Shown here piece after piece: positions 13,145 through 27,106 of a stretch of DNA of 64,000 nucleotides (the stretch's first letter is position 1; each line of letters starts with the position of its first letter). The notes under the pieces were generated by a model. That model ran no database searches and was not told where the DNA came from. It worked only from the letters and a program-made list of their open reading frames with translations. Origin of the DNA: Octopus sinensis (Eukaryota); the NCBI RefSeq assembly GCF_006345805.1, contig NC_043007.1, positions 38,006,001-38,070,000 on the forward strand, written 5' to 3'. Position numbers and translations under genes: made by a program.

Positions 13145-14373
13145 ACGCATGTATATCAGCATTTCGAAATATGTAAATTACTAAATACAAATAACTGAGC
13201 AATAGCAACTAAAAAGGGTATCTGTTATGGTATTTTCCCAAGGATGGGGGACAGACAATTTTTTTTTTTTTTGCTAAATAATACCGAATTACTGTAAACG
13301 CATTTCTATGTTAGAAATACTAGATGTAGCTGTGGGTGTGTGTGTGTATGTGTGTGTGTATGTGCGTGCGTGTGTGTAACAGAGAGCTGTCTAATACAGT
13401 CTTAATCGACTTGAAAATCCATTACCCTTATCTGTAACTGCGTGAGTGAGTGTCTGTCTGTCCAAGAGACCTAGGGTGCATATATGCGTGTCTATATAAG
13501 TATGCTTACGTCAAAATGTGAATACTTACCAAAATAATCTTTCTCTTATTCTTTTATTTATTTATTTTTTTTTTGTCATTTATTTACGAGCGACTATATG
13601 TAAACCCATTAAAAAAAATAAACTGTATCCATTCCATGCCATTGGAAACTACGAAGCCAATAGGCAACCACCTACCGGCAAATGGCATGTAATCGAACCA
13701 AGCGAAACCGAGTTTATTGAACGAGGGACCTTTTGAAGAGCCTCCGGATCTTTTTCTGTTTGACTGCCACTCTTCAATTTCTTCAATTTTTGTTCCAATT
13801 AATTTCATATTTGGAAAATTACATCAATACTCCAAATTTTGAAATTTTCTCAAGACTTTGAAATTATATAATATATGTATGTGTGTGTATATATTATTAT
13901 ATTTATTAATATATATATATATATATATATAGATATATATATATATATACACACACAGTCAGGACGCCGTGATAGATCGTTAGCTCCTACACGCTTTTTT
14001 TCTCTCCTGTTTTTTTATTGTATCTTTAGGTCTGTCGAAGGATGTAGGCTCGAAACGTAAAAGACTTGTTCTATTTCTATTCCTGAGCGCCATACTAATC
14101 ATTTGTTTGTTTGTACTCCACCTGCCTTCGTCTTTTGTTTTATTTTCGTAAACCTTCCCGTTATATTTATAATATGTAATATATATATATCTATGTGTGT
14201 GTGTGTGTGTGTGGTGTTGTTGTTCTTTCTGTATTCCTTTGGTGGAAGAGCGTAGGCTCGAAACGTTATAGACTTTTTCAATTCCGAGTGTTATACTAAT
14301 ACTCTGTTTGTTTTCTTACACCACCTGTCTTCGTCTTTTGTGGGGGGGGGGGAGTTCGTGAATTCTCCCCCTA

Positions 14374-14404
<31 letters not shown>

Positions 14405-14420
14405 CTTTTATTATAATTAT

Positions 14421-14460
<40 letters not shown>

Positions 14461-15646
14461 TGTGTGTGTAGAGAGAGAGAGAGAGAGATGGGCAGGCAGA
14501 CAGACAGACAAACAGACAATATTTGTACGCATACACATTCACACACACATACACACACATATATATGTAAACATATGTTTATATGAGAGAGGGAGAGAGA
14601 GATTAGGCAGCCGGAGAGAGGAAAAAGTCACAAATACGGTGGGAGGGAGGACGTAACCAACTAGAAATAAGTCGGGACAGCCACTGCATTCCATTCGAGA
14701 GAGACTGGTTTTCAAACCACGTAAGTCACCTGTAAACACGAGTTGTGTTCGAATTGACCTATAATTACAGAATGACCTGACACCTTGTTAAACCACTCGA
14801 CCATGTTGCTCGACCTAGAAATGCAAACCATGATGGATCACGTCAGACATTGTTGGAAGTAAAGCTTTTCCCTGTGTTACCTGCCCCAGTGTAGTATGTA
14901 TGTACGTACGTATGTATGTATGTATGTATGTATGTATGTATGTATGTATGTATGTATGTATGTATGTATGTATGTATGCGGTATTATGTGTTGTATGCAT
15001 CTATGTATGTATGTTATATATGTAGTATGTAGGTATGTAGGTAGGTAGGTAGGTAGGTATGTATTTATGTATGTATTACATATATATGTATGTGTGGTGT
15101 GTATGTGTGTGTATCTGCTTAAGTAGTAGTGTATGTGGTGTTATATGTATGTCTGTAAGTATGTGTATGTATGTGTATGTAGTATGTATGTATGTATGTA
15201 TGTATGTCTGTATGTATGTATGTATGTATGTATATGTATATCTATATTATATATATATATATGTATATATGTCTATTATATATATATATATAGTATATAT
15301 ATACTATAGATATATATATTATATATATATATATCTATAATATATATAATATATATATATTCCCGTCTCTCTGTCTTTTTGGGATGGGACGTCCAGCCAG
15401 CTGGATGTAATTTCTCTCACCTTTCGATATTTTTTTTCTCTTCTACTATTTTTTCTCTCCTACTATTTTTCCTCTTCTATTTATTCTATGTCCTTCAAAA
15501 ATTTCTCCCAGGCGTTACTCATTAAAATTCGTCTTGGCCTAACGGCCCTTAATGTCTGTCTTCGTCGAATGTTTACTTTGTACGTCCACTCTACTGTCGT
15601 TGTTCGTTCGATGCCCTAACATTCCATAAATTTTAATTCAAAGTTT

Positions 15647-15746
15647 NNNNNNNNNNNNNNNNNNNNNNNNNNNNNNNNNNNNNNNNNNNNNNNNNNNNNN
15701 NNNNNNNNNNNNNNNNNNNNNNNNNNNNNNNNNNNNNNNNNNNNNN
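15647..15746. other. Assembly gap (100 N)
   Basis: Run of exactly 100 N. Confidence 1.
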
Positions 15747-15893
15747 TGCCACCACCCCGCCTGCCGGAGCCTCATGGAGCTTTAGATGTTTTCGCTCAAT
15801 AAACACGCACAATGCCCGGTCTGGGAATCGAAACCGCGATCCTCCGACCGCGAGTCCGCTACCCTAACCACTGGGCCATTGTGCCTCCCACAC
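15747..15893 (-). mobile_element. tRNA-derived SINE family C, 5' part
   Basis: Pol III A box TGGCCCAGTGG and B box GGTTTCGATTCCC on the minus strand. Confidence 0.8.
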
Positions 15894-16388
15894 GAACATA
15901 CATATGTAAAATATAAATAATAAAGAAAAGGACAGTCATAATTTGATAAAAAGGCCCGCCAACCCATTTCTGTAGTGTACCTACCACGAACATTTTACAT
16001 TTTTGACAGTTTTCTCAGCCATCAGTCGACGATGCTCACTCAATAAATGGTAGCAGACAGGGCAACAATTGCGGATGTCTAGATGTCTTAAGGCACATTT
16101 TACTTAAATCAGTGCCATTGATCTAGATATTGACCAATTACCAACTTTGCAGAAGAAAAAAGACGTTAAAGTGGCGGGCGTGGTGGTGGTTGTGGTGGTG
16201 GTGGTGGTGGGGTTACTGAGAAACACGCAGACACAGAATTAACGAAAATATAAAATATGTTACAGCTATGACATTTACCAAATATTAAAAAAAAAAGAAA
16301 GAAAAAAGATCTTAGGACAGAAATTATATATTTTTATTATTTTGTGGAAGAGAAAGAGAGGGGGGAGAGAAGTGAGAGAGAGAGAGAG

Positions 16389-16425
<37 letters not shown>

Positions 16426-16559
16426 ACGTGAGTTCTTTTAACTTTTGATATTTTAAAGAATTTTCATTAATTTTTTTTTTATTTTCATTTTATTTATTTA
16501 CTTATTTATTCATCTGTTTATTTTTTCCTGTGACCTGTGAAGTATTCTTCTTCATCATT

Positions 16560-16600
16560 TCAGATGCTGTACGAGTCATCATATTGAAATCCCAAGCCTT
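16560..16600 (-). CDS. Candidate small exon (speculative)
   Basis: Strong acceptor TTTCTTTCTTTTAG|; phase 1 gives (E)GLGFQYDDSYSI*, phase 0 gives KAWDFNMMTRTASEMMKKNTSQ. A plus-strand acceptor is also plausible here. Confidence 0.25.
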
Positions 16601-16639
16601 CTAAAAGAAAGAAATACACAAATATGAAAAAAAAAACAA

Positions 16640-16728
16640 AGCAACGAATAAAAGATGGAAGGAAGTAAAGCGAGGAAGGAAGCAAAGAAAGAAAAAGAAA
16701 CAAACAAACAAAAAAAGAAAGAGGGAGG

Positions 16729-16804
<76 letters not shown>

Positions 16805-17265
16805 GGGAGAGAAAGAGAGAGAGAGACAGACAGAAAGGAAGAAAGTAAGAGGGTGTGAAAGACGGAGAGAGAAAGATAGAGAAAGAGACAGAGAGAAAGA
16901 GAGAGAGAAAGAAAGAAAGAAAGAAAGAAAAAAGAAAGAAAGAAAGAAAGAAAAAGAGAAAGAAAGAAAGAAAGAAAGAAAAAGAGAGAAAAAAGAAAGA
17001 GGGAGAGAAAGAGAAAGAGAGAGAGAAAGACAGAAAGAAAGAGAGAGAGAGAAAAAAAAGAAAGAGGGAGAGAAAGAGAGAGAGAAAGACAGAAAGAAAG
17101 AAAGTAAGAGGAAGTGAGAGAGAAAGAAAGAAAGAAAAAAGAAGAAAGAAAGAAAGAAAGAAAGAAGGAAAGAAAGAAAGAAAGAAAGAAAGAAAGAAGG
17201 AAAGAAAGAAAGAAAGAAAGAAAGAAAGAAGGAAAGAAATAAAAGAGAAAAGGATTATAAGATGA
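16640..17265. repeat. Polypurine (GAAA)n/(GA)n tract
   Basis: About 620 bp of almost only A and G; source of the spurious ORFs 16579-17331 and 16855-17265. Confidence 0.95.
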
Positions 17266-17634
17266 GATTGGATAAATAAACAAAATGGAATAAAAAAAAT
17301 AAGATTTTCGAAAGATTAAACTGGAACACATAACAGAAATTAAAATAAATTAGGTTTTAATTTGTAGCCATTGGTTTCTCTTCAAGTGTGTATGTGTATA
17401 CTTTTGTGAGAGTGTGTGTGTCCTTGTGTACATGTATGTATGCATGTGGGTGTACTTATGTATATGTATGTTTATATGTGTGTGTATGTGTGTGTGTGTC
17501 TGCACTTAAATATTTGCCTACATGCTAATGTGCATGCTTACAAACATAATCATATCTCACTTCTATACACGTGTGTGTGTGTGTGTGTGTGTGTGCAGGT
17601 CTGGACATTAAACTGTTTTAATATCTGAAAACCT

Positions 17635-18105
17635 AAAGCGGCGAGCTGGCAGAATCTTTGCGGTGTCAGAAAGAAAAAAACTTGCTTGCCAACTACATGG
17701 TTCCGGGTTCAGTTCCACTGCGTGACAACTTGGGCAACTGTCTTCTACTATAACCTCGGGCCGACCAAAGCCTTGTGAGTGGATTTGGTAGGCCGAAAGT
17801 GAAAGAAGCCCGTCGTATATGTGTGTGTGTGTATACGTGCGTGCGTGCGTGCGTGTGTGTGTGTGTATATATATGTATGCGTGTTTATATGTTTGTGTGT
17901 CTGTGTTTGTCCCCCCCCCAACATCGCTTGACAACCGATGCTGGTGTGTTTACGTCCCCGTATCTTAGCGGTTCAGCAAAAGAGACCTATAGAATAAGTA
18001 CTAGGCTTACAAAGAATATGTCCTGTGATCGTTTTGCTCGATAAAGGCGGTGCTCCAGCATGGCCGCAGTCAAATGACTGAAACAAGTAAAAAATTAAAG
18101 AGTAA
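17635..18105 (+). mobile_element. SINE family A preceded by a family B head
   Basis: AAAGCGGCGAGCTGGCAGAATC followed by the family A body and tail. Confidence 0.7.
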
Positions 18106-18671
18106 AGAGGAGAGAGAGAGACAGACAGAGAGAGAGAGAGAGAGAAATTGTCCTGGGTACGACATTAAACTGCTTCCGGATGTGAGGCCCCGGTTCGGGA
18201 GTTCTGGAATTGTGAGGAATGTGGAGTCGCCCCCTTAATTAGCATTACTCTCACGTCCGTTCTCATCTGGACAGTAGCCCCTACCTGGGTCCCATCTATG
18301 GGATAAATAGATCACCCAGGGGTAGAGGATGCTCCCGTTATTTTTTACAAAGCCGTGTAAAGGCAGCTCTTCTAGGAGAAAAATACTCTGACATAAAACT
18401 TGCAATCAGAATATTACCAGTCATCTTGCAATGCTTGTCACTAGAACCAAATATGGTTCAAGTTTTTGGCACTGAAATCCAGTGACGTTCAGATGTTTTA
18501 CTATCATTTCATTTTTTGATCTGTGTTTGTATTTTATAAAGACCTATGTCGATGGATACGTGGCATGAAGTCTTATCCGTGCATATGCAAAGTAAATCAG
18601 AACAATACTAGCTGAATATGAGACATGTATCATCTGAGAAGATGAGGCAATCGTGTGTGTGTGTGTGTGTG

Positions 18672-18702
<31 letters not shown>

Positions 18703-18971
18703 TAGGCTGGAAAGAGAGTCCTATAACACTTCAAGATGAGAAAGAAAGAAATGCTTGTTTGGTCTTAATTGATATATTTAATCAAGATAATATTTTCCCT
18801 CATTATTTATAACATAACCCTGTATAAGTGGCAAATTGCTGAAAAAAGCTTAATTGGACTTGAGGACGCTTACCCAAGGTGTTGCACATTGGGATCGAAC
18901 TCGAAATCATGTGATTATAAAGCAAACTTCTTAACCACACAGCCATACCTGCGGCCAAATGCAATAATATA

Positions 18972-19220
18972 AATAAATGCGCCCTTTTAAAGCCTAGCCA
19001 GGCTCATGGGCCCGGTTTCCCGGTTTCAATGGCGTATGTGTTCCCCAGTTAGACGGGGCGCCAGTCCATCGCAGCGTTACTCATTTTTGCCAGCTGAGTG
19101 AACTGGAGCAACGTGAAATTAAGTGTTTTGCTCAAGAACGCAACGCGTCGCCCGGTCCAGGAATCGAAACAACAATCTTACGATCATGAAGCTGACATCC
19201 TAACCACTAAGCCACGTCCA
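18972..19220 (-). mobile_element. tRNA-derived SINE (family D head with the tail shared with family C)
   Basis: Head GTGGCTTAGTGGTTAGG...GTTTCGATTCC; tail GAAACCGGGAAACCGGGCCCATGAGCCTGGCTAGG. Confidence 0.75.
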
Positions 19221-19539
19221 AATTCAAGCAGAAAGCTAAATCAGAGCCAAACATACTTGTATAATAGCAATAATCCTAGCTTCAGTTCAGAATCCTATCT
19301 CCAGTGGTCCACTTGGTGACAAGATTATGAGTCTAGATTTGATTACAGATAAGCTATTCAGTTGTTAGTTCTTCCTTTAACACAACCCACACAGATATCC
19401 AGCACCACCACTACCAGATGAAACAATATTTAATTATGAAAACGTTAAAAGGTGAAACTCTTATTTAGATATGCATTAAGAGAATAAAAAATTTTAACTA
19501 ACGACTTGTGTTATTCTATTATTTATGTATTAAAGGCAG

Positions 19540-19830
19540 CGTGGAGAGCAATGGCCCAGTGGTTAGGGCAGCAAACTCGCGGTCGGAGGATCGCGGTTTC
19601 GATTCCCAAACCGGGTGTTGTGTGTGTTTATTGAGCGAAAACACCTAAAGCTTCATGAAGCTCCGGCGGGAGGTGGTGGCGACCGCTTTTTCGCCCCAAC
19701 TTTTTCTCACTCTTTCTTCCTATTTCTTGAGCAACGCTACGATGGACTGGCCTCCCGTCCAGCAGGGGAGAACACATACGCCATAGAAACCGGGAAACCG
19801 GGCCCATGAACCTGGCTAGGCGCATAAATA
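19540..19830 (+). mobile_element. tRNA-derived SINE family C
   Basis: A/B boxes and the shared tail; homologs at 37072-37372 (+) and 46465-46762 (-). Confidence 0.8.
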
Positions 19831-20539
19831 AATAATAATTAAAGGCAGCGAGCTGGCAGTGTTGTTAGCATGTCGGATAAAATGCTTAGCCGCTTTTCTT
19901 CCGGCATTACGTTCTGATTTAAAATTCCACTCTGGTTGACTTTCCCTTTCAGTGAACATAAAATAAGTACCAGTTGGGCACTGGGGTCGATGTTATCGAC
20001 TAGCCCCCTTCCCAAAAATTTCAGGCCCTGTATCTGTAGTAGAAAGGATTATTAATGGATTAGCAGAACTAGTAAGTTGTTGAGAGCTGTGTAGTAAAAT
20101 GCATTATATTAGCAGAACTGGTAGAGCGCTGGACAAAATTGCATGCGGTGTCTCTTTACGTTCTGATTTCGAATCCTGCACGTTCAGTTTTGCCTTTCAT
20201 ATTTACAAGGTTAATAAAAGTAATTACAATCCAGTATTGATGGTGATTTAATCAAAGATAGCCACCACCATCCTCAAATTGTACCTAAATTAAAAATGAA
20301 TGTTTTGTTGAATTGGATTAATAATTAAAATGACGGACAAAATACTTCGCAGTATTTATATTTAATCGCTCAGTTTGGAAAAAAGGCAGTACATATAATC
20401 CTTTCCAGTGCCTCCAAGATTGATGGTAGGGAGGGGAGGAAGCTATCCTCAAACCGGAGACTTATCTCGAATGCTTACAACAGGAGGGAATTCCACTAAA
20501 AGCACCCTAGGACCAAACAATAATGTTAAACGGATGATA

Positions 20540-20904
20540 CACTGGCGATAATAAATTTAAGAACGATGATAAAAGTTCTATTTCTTACAAAATATTTTGT
20601 TACTAACACCATACAAATTATTTTTATCCTTTAGTAAATTCATATTTCGTTCTTGTTACTCATTTTTGCTACAATCTTAAGCTTTAAATAAAATTATAAT
20701 GATATGGTCTTAAATAATTTTTCCGGTAAATTTGAAACGTTTATATTAGAATTCTTCAAGTTGTATAGTCACTGTTTGCATCATTCGAAAGAGAAATAAA
20801 TTCTGCATAAGGTGTAAAAGAAATAATTTCTCTGGTGATAGTAACAAAATATTTTGTAAGAAATAGAACTTTTATCATCGGTCTTAAATTTATTTTCGCC
20901 AGTG
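20540..20904. mobile_element. Tc1/mariner-type MITE
   Basis: TA-flanked inverted repeats of about 65 bp starting CACTGGCGA / TCGCCAGTG; no coding capacity. Confidence 0.85.
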
Positions 20905-21870
20905 TACATTAAATCTACAACCCAAGTTTACCATCCAAATCAGTTACATCACTTTACGTTCCATGTTCAAATACCGCCGAACGCGACTTTGCCTTTCATC
21001 CTTAAACGGTCAACAAAATGAAGTACTAGTCAACCATTGGATCGATGTAATCAATTATGGCCCCCACTCCTCTTAAATTTGAGGCCTTGTACCTCTATCA
21101 GAAACAAATTTTATTTTCTTTGAAAAGTACGGAATACAAATCCGTATATATTTCGCTTTTCAATTAATTATTAGTGTGTTTCCTTTTGTATTTTTTATTC
21201 ATATTTTATTTTACCACTATTTCTCTAAGTCTAGAGCAACAAATGTACTGTTCACTTGCTTAATAGTTTGGCAAGTTTGGCAAAATCTAAATTTCGCTGT
21301 CTAAATAAAAAAAAAATAGATAACGCGCCTAATATTGCTTTCTGTACTTAAAGTTTAAATAACATTAGTCATGAACTGATAGGACATGAAGAGCTATTTA
21401 AGACATATATAGTATGCATAAACTGCTATATTTACTTATGTTTTATTACTATTTTCCTTTTGTTTTGTAATATTTTTATCATATTTTGGGAGGGTCGTTC
21501 TGCCCAAACAACACGCACGGGTTGTAGCTCACTTTATTATGTATCGATTGATTTGTCCACGACGTTCGTGACACTCATTTAGTCTTTACAATGAGTTTTC
21601 AAAGAGAGGGAGGAGGAAAGAGAGGGAGGAGGAGAGATTAAGAGGGGGAGCGCAAGGGAGAGGGAAAGAGACGGAGGGAACAAGAGAGAGAGAGGGAGTG
21701 TGTGTGTGTGTGTGCGTGTGTGTGTTGTGTGCATGAATGCGTGTGTGTGCTTCTTTACTGCATTTCATCCGTTACCATTTATTGCAGCCTATATCAACTG
21801 TCAGTTTATGGTCGTCCGTGTGGGCATATACGCGCATGCGTGCTTGTCAGTCTGCCTATGCACCAATATA

Positions 21871-23129
21871 CACAGACATGCAGGAAGTAAATAGACACCT
21901 TTAATTTTCAAAATTTCTTATCTAAGTGTCTTAATATGTTTTCAGCGGTGAAGAATTTACAATGTAATTATTCTTTTTCATTCCAAGTGCCATTATATTA
22001 AACATTTGCGAAGAGTGACCATGCCAGGCACAAAAAATTCAACAGAACTGTCAGATTTTCAAAGAGGTCGTATTGTTGGGCAATCTAAGGCTGGTCTTAG
22101 CCAACGAAAAATTGCCGAAAATCTTCAAATTCCTCTTGCTACTCTTAATAGAATGATAGTGCAATTCAAAAGCCAAGGAAAAGAATCAACAGATTCTCGT
22201 CCTTGCCGACCTGTGCCCTTGGAAAGGAAGCTTCGCTGTTTGAAGAGAATTGTGGAAAACGAACCCCTTTCGAAGGCTTCTGACATTGTAAAGCAGCTAG
22301 AAATTAGTCCAAGGACGTGTGTTACATATCTGCATAAGCTTAGGTATTATGGACGAGCAGCTAGAAGAAAACCTCTCCTTCAACCAATTACTATCATGAA
22401 AAGAAAGAAATGGGCTAAGGAGATCTCAGAAAAATCGAGTTCATTTTGGGATAGAGTGATTTTCTCAGATGAATCCAGATTTCCAGTATTATCAGACAGT
22501 AGACGTGTTTGGGTCTGGAGGCTTCCCAATCAAGAATTTGGTTTGAAAGGAGTCCAACTAACTGTGAAACATGGCGGTATCTGTGTAATGGTATGGGGAA
22601 CTGCCACCAGCAATGATCGTTCTGAGCTGATCGAATGTGTTGGAACCATCGAAATACTTAAGCAAGGACTACTTCCGATGCATTCACACGAGAACATAAC
22701 GAAAAATGAGTTTTTATTCATGTAAGATGGGGCTCCATGCCACACAGCGAAAAGGAATCAACAATGGCTGACTGAAAATGGGATCAAAAAGCTCCCTTGG
22801 TCGAGCCAATCTCCTGACATGAACCCAATTGAAAATCTTTGGAGCATACTAGATAGAGCCATACGAAAAACTTGACAGAAACCTAAATCTAAAGACGAAT
22901 TGTTTCGATTGTTGCATGAAAAGTGGGCAGAAATTCCACAAGAGACAATCACAAAGCTCATCAGCTCAATGCCAAAAAGAGTTTATTAATTAAAAACTGC
23001 AAAGGGAATGTCAACTAAATACTAAAGTATGTAGTCCTACCTATCGATTACATTTCAATTGTTTGCTTTGCGTATTAAATAAAAGATTTTGAAAATTAAA
23101 GGTGTCTATTTACTTCTTGCATGTCTGTG
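21871..23129 (+). pseudogene. Full-length Tc1 transposon with nonsense mutations
   Basis: TA-flanked TIRs CACAGACATGCAGGAAGTAAATAGACACCTTTAATTTTCAAAAT; ORF from 22021 (MPGTKN...IFSDESRF...TVKHGG) broken at FM*DGAPCHT (22725), then WSSQSPDMNPIENLW...KGMSTKY* ending 23025. Confidence 0.95.
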
Positions 23130-23658
23130 TATACATATGCAAGAGGTTTGTATGGGGGAAAGGGTATTGTTATCATCGTCTCCCTCATTGTCACTTCGGC
23201 TTTTGTTGACCTAAAATAAAACATGATTTCCCTTATCTGCGTAAATCTTCAAATGATTAAATTCGAAGTGTGCAGTTGCAGTTGAAAGAAATGAAAGCAT
23301 AAAAATATCTATCTTAAAGATTGGTTAGAAAATACTTGACATAATAAATTACTTGTATTTCTATCATTTGTTTCAGTCATTTGACTGCCACCATACTGGA
23401 GCACCGCCTTACTAGTGCACACAAGTGCGCGTTCTTACTTCCTCACGTACTCGCTTTCACACCTATCGAACGATTACACACGCATGCGCGCACACACATA
23501 TGCACGCACACGTACACACACACAGACAGACACACACACACACACACACTCACACACACCTTATCCTTTTTGGACACTTCCACAGAACACAAAACAAATT
23601 TGTTAACCACACAGTCATACCTGCACAAGTGTGTGTGTGTGTGTGTATCTATGTATGC

Positions 23659-23727
<69 letters not shown>

Positions 23728-23821
23728 CATACATACATACATACATACATGTATGTGTGTGCATGTGTGAGTGTCTAGGTATATATATTTTTATAAGTGG
23801 TATATAGGTAAGTATACACAC

Positions 23822-23879
<58 letters not shown>

Positions 23880-23892
23880 ATATATTATATAT

Positions 23893-23943
<51 letters not shown>

Positions 23944-24041
23944 CATACATACATACATACATACATACATGTATGTGTGTGCATGTGTGAGTGTCTAGGT
24001 ATATATATTTTTATAAGTGTGTATATAGGTAAAGTATACAC

Positions 24042-24077
<36 letters not shown>

Positions 24078-24092
24078 CACACACACACACAC

Positions 24093-24131
<39 letters not shown>

Positions 24132-24133
<2 letters not shown>

Positions 24134-24769
24134 AGCAGTATCGCCCGGCGTTGCTCGGGTTTGTAAGGGAAATAACTATATAAGCATTTTTAGAGAGTTA
24201 TAGCCAAAAAATAGCAAAAAATGCATTAAAAATGGAAAAAATATGATGATAAATTTTTTTTTAAATCGTTGACTCATCGTAGACATTTTTAGAGAGTTAC
24301 TTCCCTTATATAATAGCGAAAAAATGCATTAAAATGGGAAAAAACGATGGTAATTTTTTTTTTTTAAATCGTAGACTCATGTAGACGCTTTCTTAGCCAT
24401 TTCTGTTTTGGTGTCTTCAAGCCATGAAGTCGTTGTTCTAAAAGAACGCTGGTCTCCTTGACAACGCATTACGACGTTGATTTCCTTACACTCCCTTCCC
24501 CACAGGTGCAGGTGTGAGCGTGGACGCCAACTCCGCCGCCATCGACACACGAAAAATTATGCATTAAAATGGAATAAAAAATGATGTTAAATTATTTTTA
24601 AAATCGTAGACTCATCGTAGACGCGCGCTAATACTCAGACGGGCTCGATATGAATCCCGACTATAAGCTACCCGAATTTGGTTAAACTGCACCGCAAAAT
24701 GTGGGAGTAGTTAGGAATCTAAATCAAAGGGGACAGACACTCACACAACTACAGTTTTATATATATAGA
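24132..24769 (-). mobile_element. Non-autonomous Helitron-type element
   Basis: 5' TCTATATATATAAAACTG, 3' CAACGCCGGGCGATACTGCTAG identical to the 3140 end; internal AATCGTAGACTCATCGTAGAC sub-repeats. Confidence 0.7.
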
Positions 24770-24789
24770 TATACATAGCGCAGTAGTGG

Positions 24790-25375
24790 TGAGATGTGAC
24801 AGCAAAGAAAAGCATACATTCACTCTCTGCATGCAATTAGACTCGGAAAGGTCGTGAGGAACCCATTGACCCAATTTGCTGACTTTTCGATAGCACACAG
24901 GTCTCAATGAATGGTGAATGACCAAATCCAAGCTTCTCTGCTAGTTCCTCAACAGTTACGATGAGATTTTGTTCCACCAGGGTTTTCAGGATGTCCTTGT
25001 CGAGTTCTACAGATCTTTCAGGATGAGGCTCGTCTTCTAGGCTGTAGTTTATGGCTCGGAATTTCTGGAACCACCATTGACACGGCCTTACGCTTATTGT
25101 CCAATCCCCATATACTGCATTAATTTCTTGTACTTTCCGTTGCGTTGTTGTCTTTATGAACTCATAAAGCAAAATATGCCAAATATGCTCCTTTGTTACT
25201 TCCAATATAGCTTTGAAAAAAATAGCTGTTAAAATCGAAATGCACTCTTCAAAACTTGCACTATGAATAAGAACAAGATAAAATTACTACCTGCTTTTAT
25301 AGCAAGTTAATATAAGTAGTTTATCCCATTCCCCTCTGACTTTTAGTTCAAGCTGTTGAAAAAACCGCATTATTA
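24790..25375 (-). pseudogene. Mariner family 2, 5' half
   Basis: ORF MEVTKEHIWHILLYEF...LGFGHS, homologous to 11969 onward. Confidence 0.9.
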
Positions 25376-26279
25376 TATATATATACATACATACATACAT
25401 ACATATACACACACACTCTCTCTCTCTCACACACATGCACACATTTATATTCTGTTATTCTTTTATATGTTTCAGCCTTGAGGTTGTGGCCATGCTGGAT
25501 CATGTGTGTGTGGTGTGTGTGTGTGTGTCTATCTGTGTCTGTATGTATGTATATATGTATATGTATGTGTGTGAAAACATAATATTTTCAACAGATGTGT
25601 TGCAAATGTATCTGATTGTTCTCAAGCTTCAATACTGTGTGTGGTGTATGTGTGTGTGTGTGTATGTATGTATATGTATGTATGTATGTATATGTATGTA
25701 TGTATGTATGTGTGTATGTATGTATGTGTGTATGTATGTATGTGTGTGTATGTGTGTGTGTATGTATGTATGTATGTATGTATGTATGAGTGTATGTTTA
25801 CTTTATTACTAACACAAGCCACTACGGTTATTTAATGTAAAGTCTTCCTCAAATCACTCTCTCTTGCTATTTACTCTCTTCCAAGAACATTTTCACTCAC
25901 TCTTATGTCTTAGCTTCCCATACATTTTACTCATGTATCTATCAGCGTCATAGACAGAAACAAATATTACATCGCCATCGTCACCGCATTCTATGTCTAC
26001 CTGTCAACACACTGAATTACTTTCACTTTATTCGTAGCACACTGTGTGTGTGCGTTTGCGTGTGCTGTAAACCAGACTAAGAAAAGCATTTGACATACAC
26101 ACCAGAATGTGAGTTTTCTGTAAATTTTGCTTAATTGGAGTTTAAATTTTAAAAACTGGACCTGGCATGACCGATGCATTCTACTCTTAAAAATGCTAGG
26201 TAAATTGTAATTGAAGAAATCCTATTGTAGATTTCTATAAGATACAAAGGGAGGCAGATAAAATCTGCCTTTTATAATA

Positions 26280-26321
<42 letters not shown>

Positions 26322-26328
26322 TTTATTC

Positions 26329-26599
26329 CTTTATACATTTCAGCCCTTGAAGGCTGTGCCCCAACATGGTCACAGTCCTATAAGCAAGCACACAAGCAAA
26401 CAATCACAGACTTTTAGTATTATATATATATAAGGCTTGGAAGTGTCCATAAAGGATAAGGTGTGTGTGTATGTGTGTGTGTGTATGTGTGTACGTGTGT
26501 GAGAGTATCCAAAATACGCCATAAGTCCTAACGGTACCCCTACGATTCCACCAAAGAGTTGAGGGCCCAAAGCAAAGCATAGAAACATATATAGATGCA

Positions 26600-26652
<53 letters not shown>

Positions 26653-27063
26653 TCTTACGCCGATTTAACCATGAATGGAACACTAATGATATACAAGATT
26701 TTATTTGAAAGTTCAGTGAGTAATACTAGCCGCTAGCACTCCGGACAAAATACTTAGTGGCGTTTCTTCCAGCTTAGGTTCTAAGTTCAAATTCTGTCAA
26801 TGTAATGGACTACCGCCTCTCCCGCCAAATTTCTGACCCTGAGTCAGTAGTTGAAAGTATTATCTGAAATCCAATGAAGAAACAAACTTGTTCTTTGATT
26901 GGTGGACTAGGTTTTTTCTTTAGTGACACGACATGGGGAATGAATAAATAGTGGATTGAATAAAACAAAAAATCTCACATATGTGCAAAAACTGGCTTAT
27001 AGGACTGTGACCATGTTGGGGCACAGCCTTCAAGGGCTGAAATGTATAAAGGAATAAAAGAAT

Positions 27064-27106
<43 letters not shown>

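Noticed and set aside
13518-13808. Protein-like ORFs on both strands
   Set aside because: No good acceptor and no recognisable domain; equally plausible frames on both strands suggest a repeat remnant or chance.
16579-17331. 250-aa F/L/S-rich and K/E/R-rich ORFs
   Set aside because: Polypurine/polypyrimidine tract; the same applies to 1687-2499.
19540-19620. tRNA genes
   Set aside because: A/B boxes continue into SINE bodies and tails in every copy; no complete cloverleaf.
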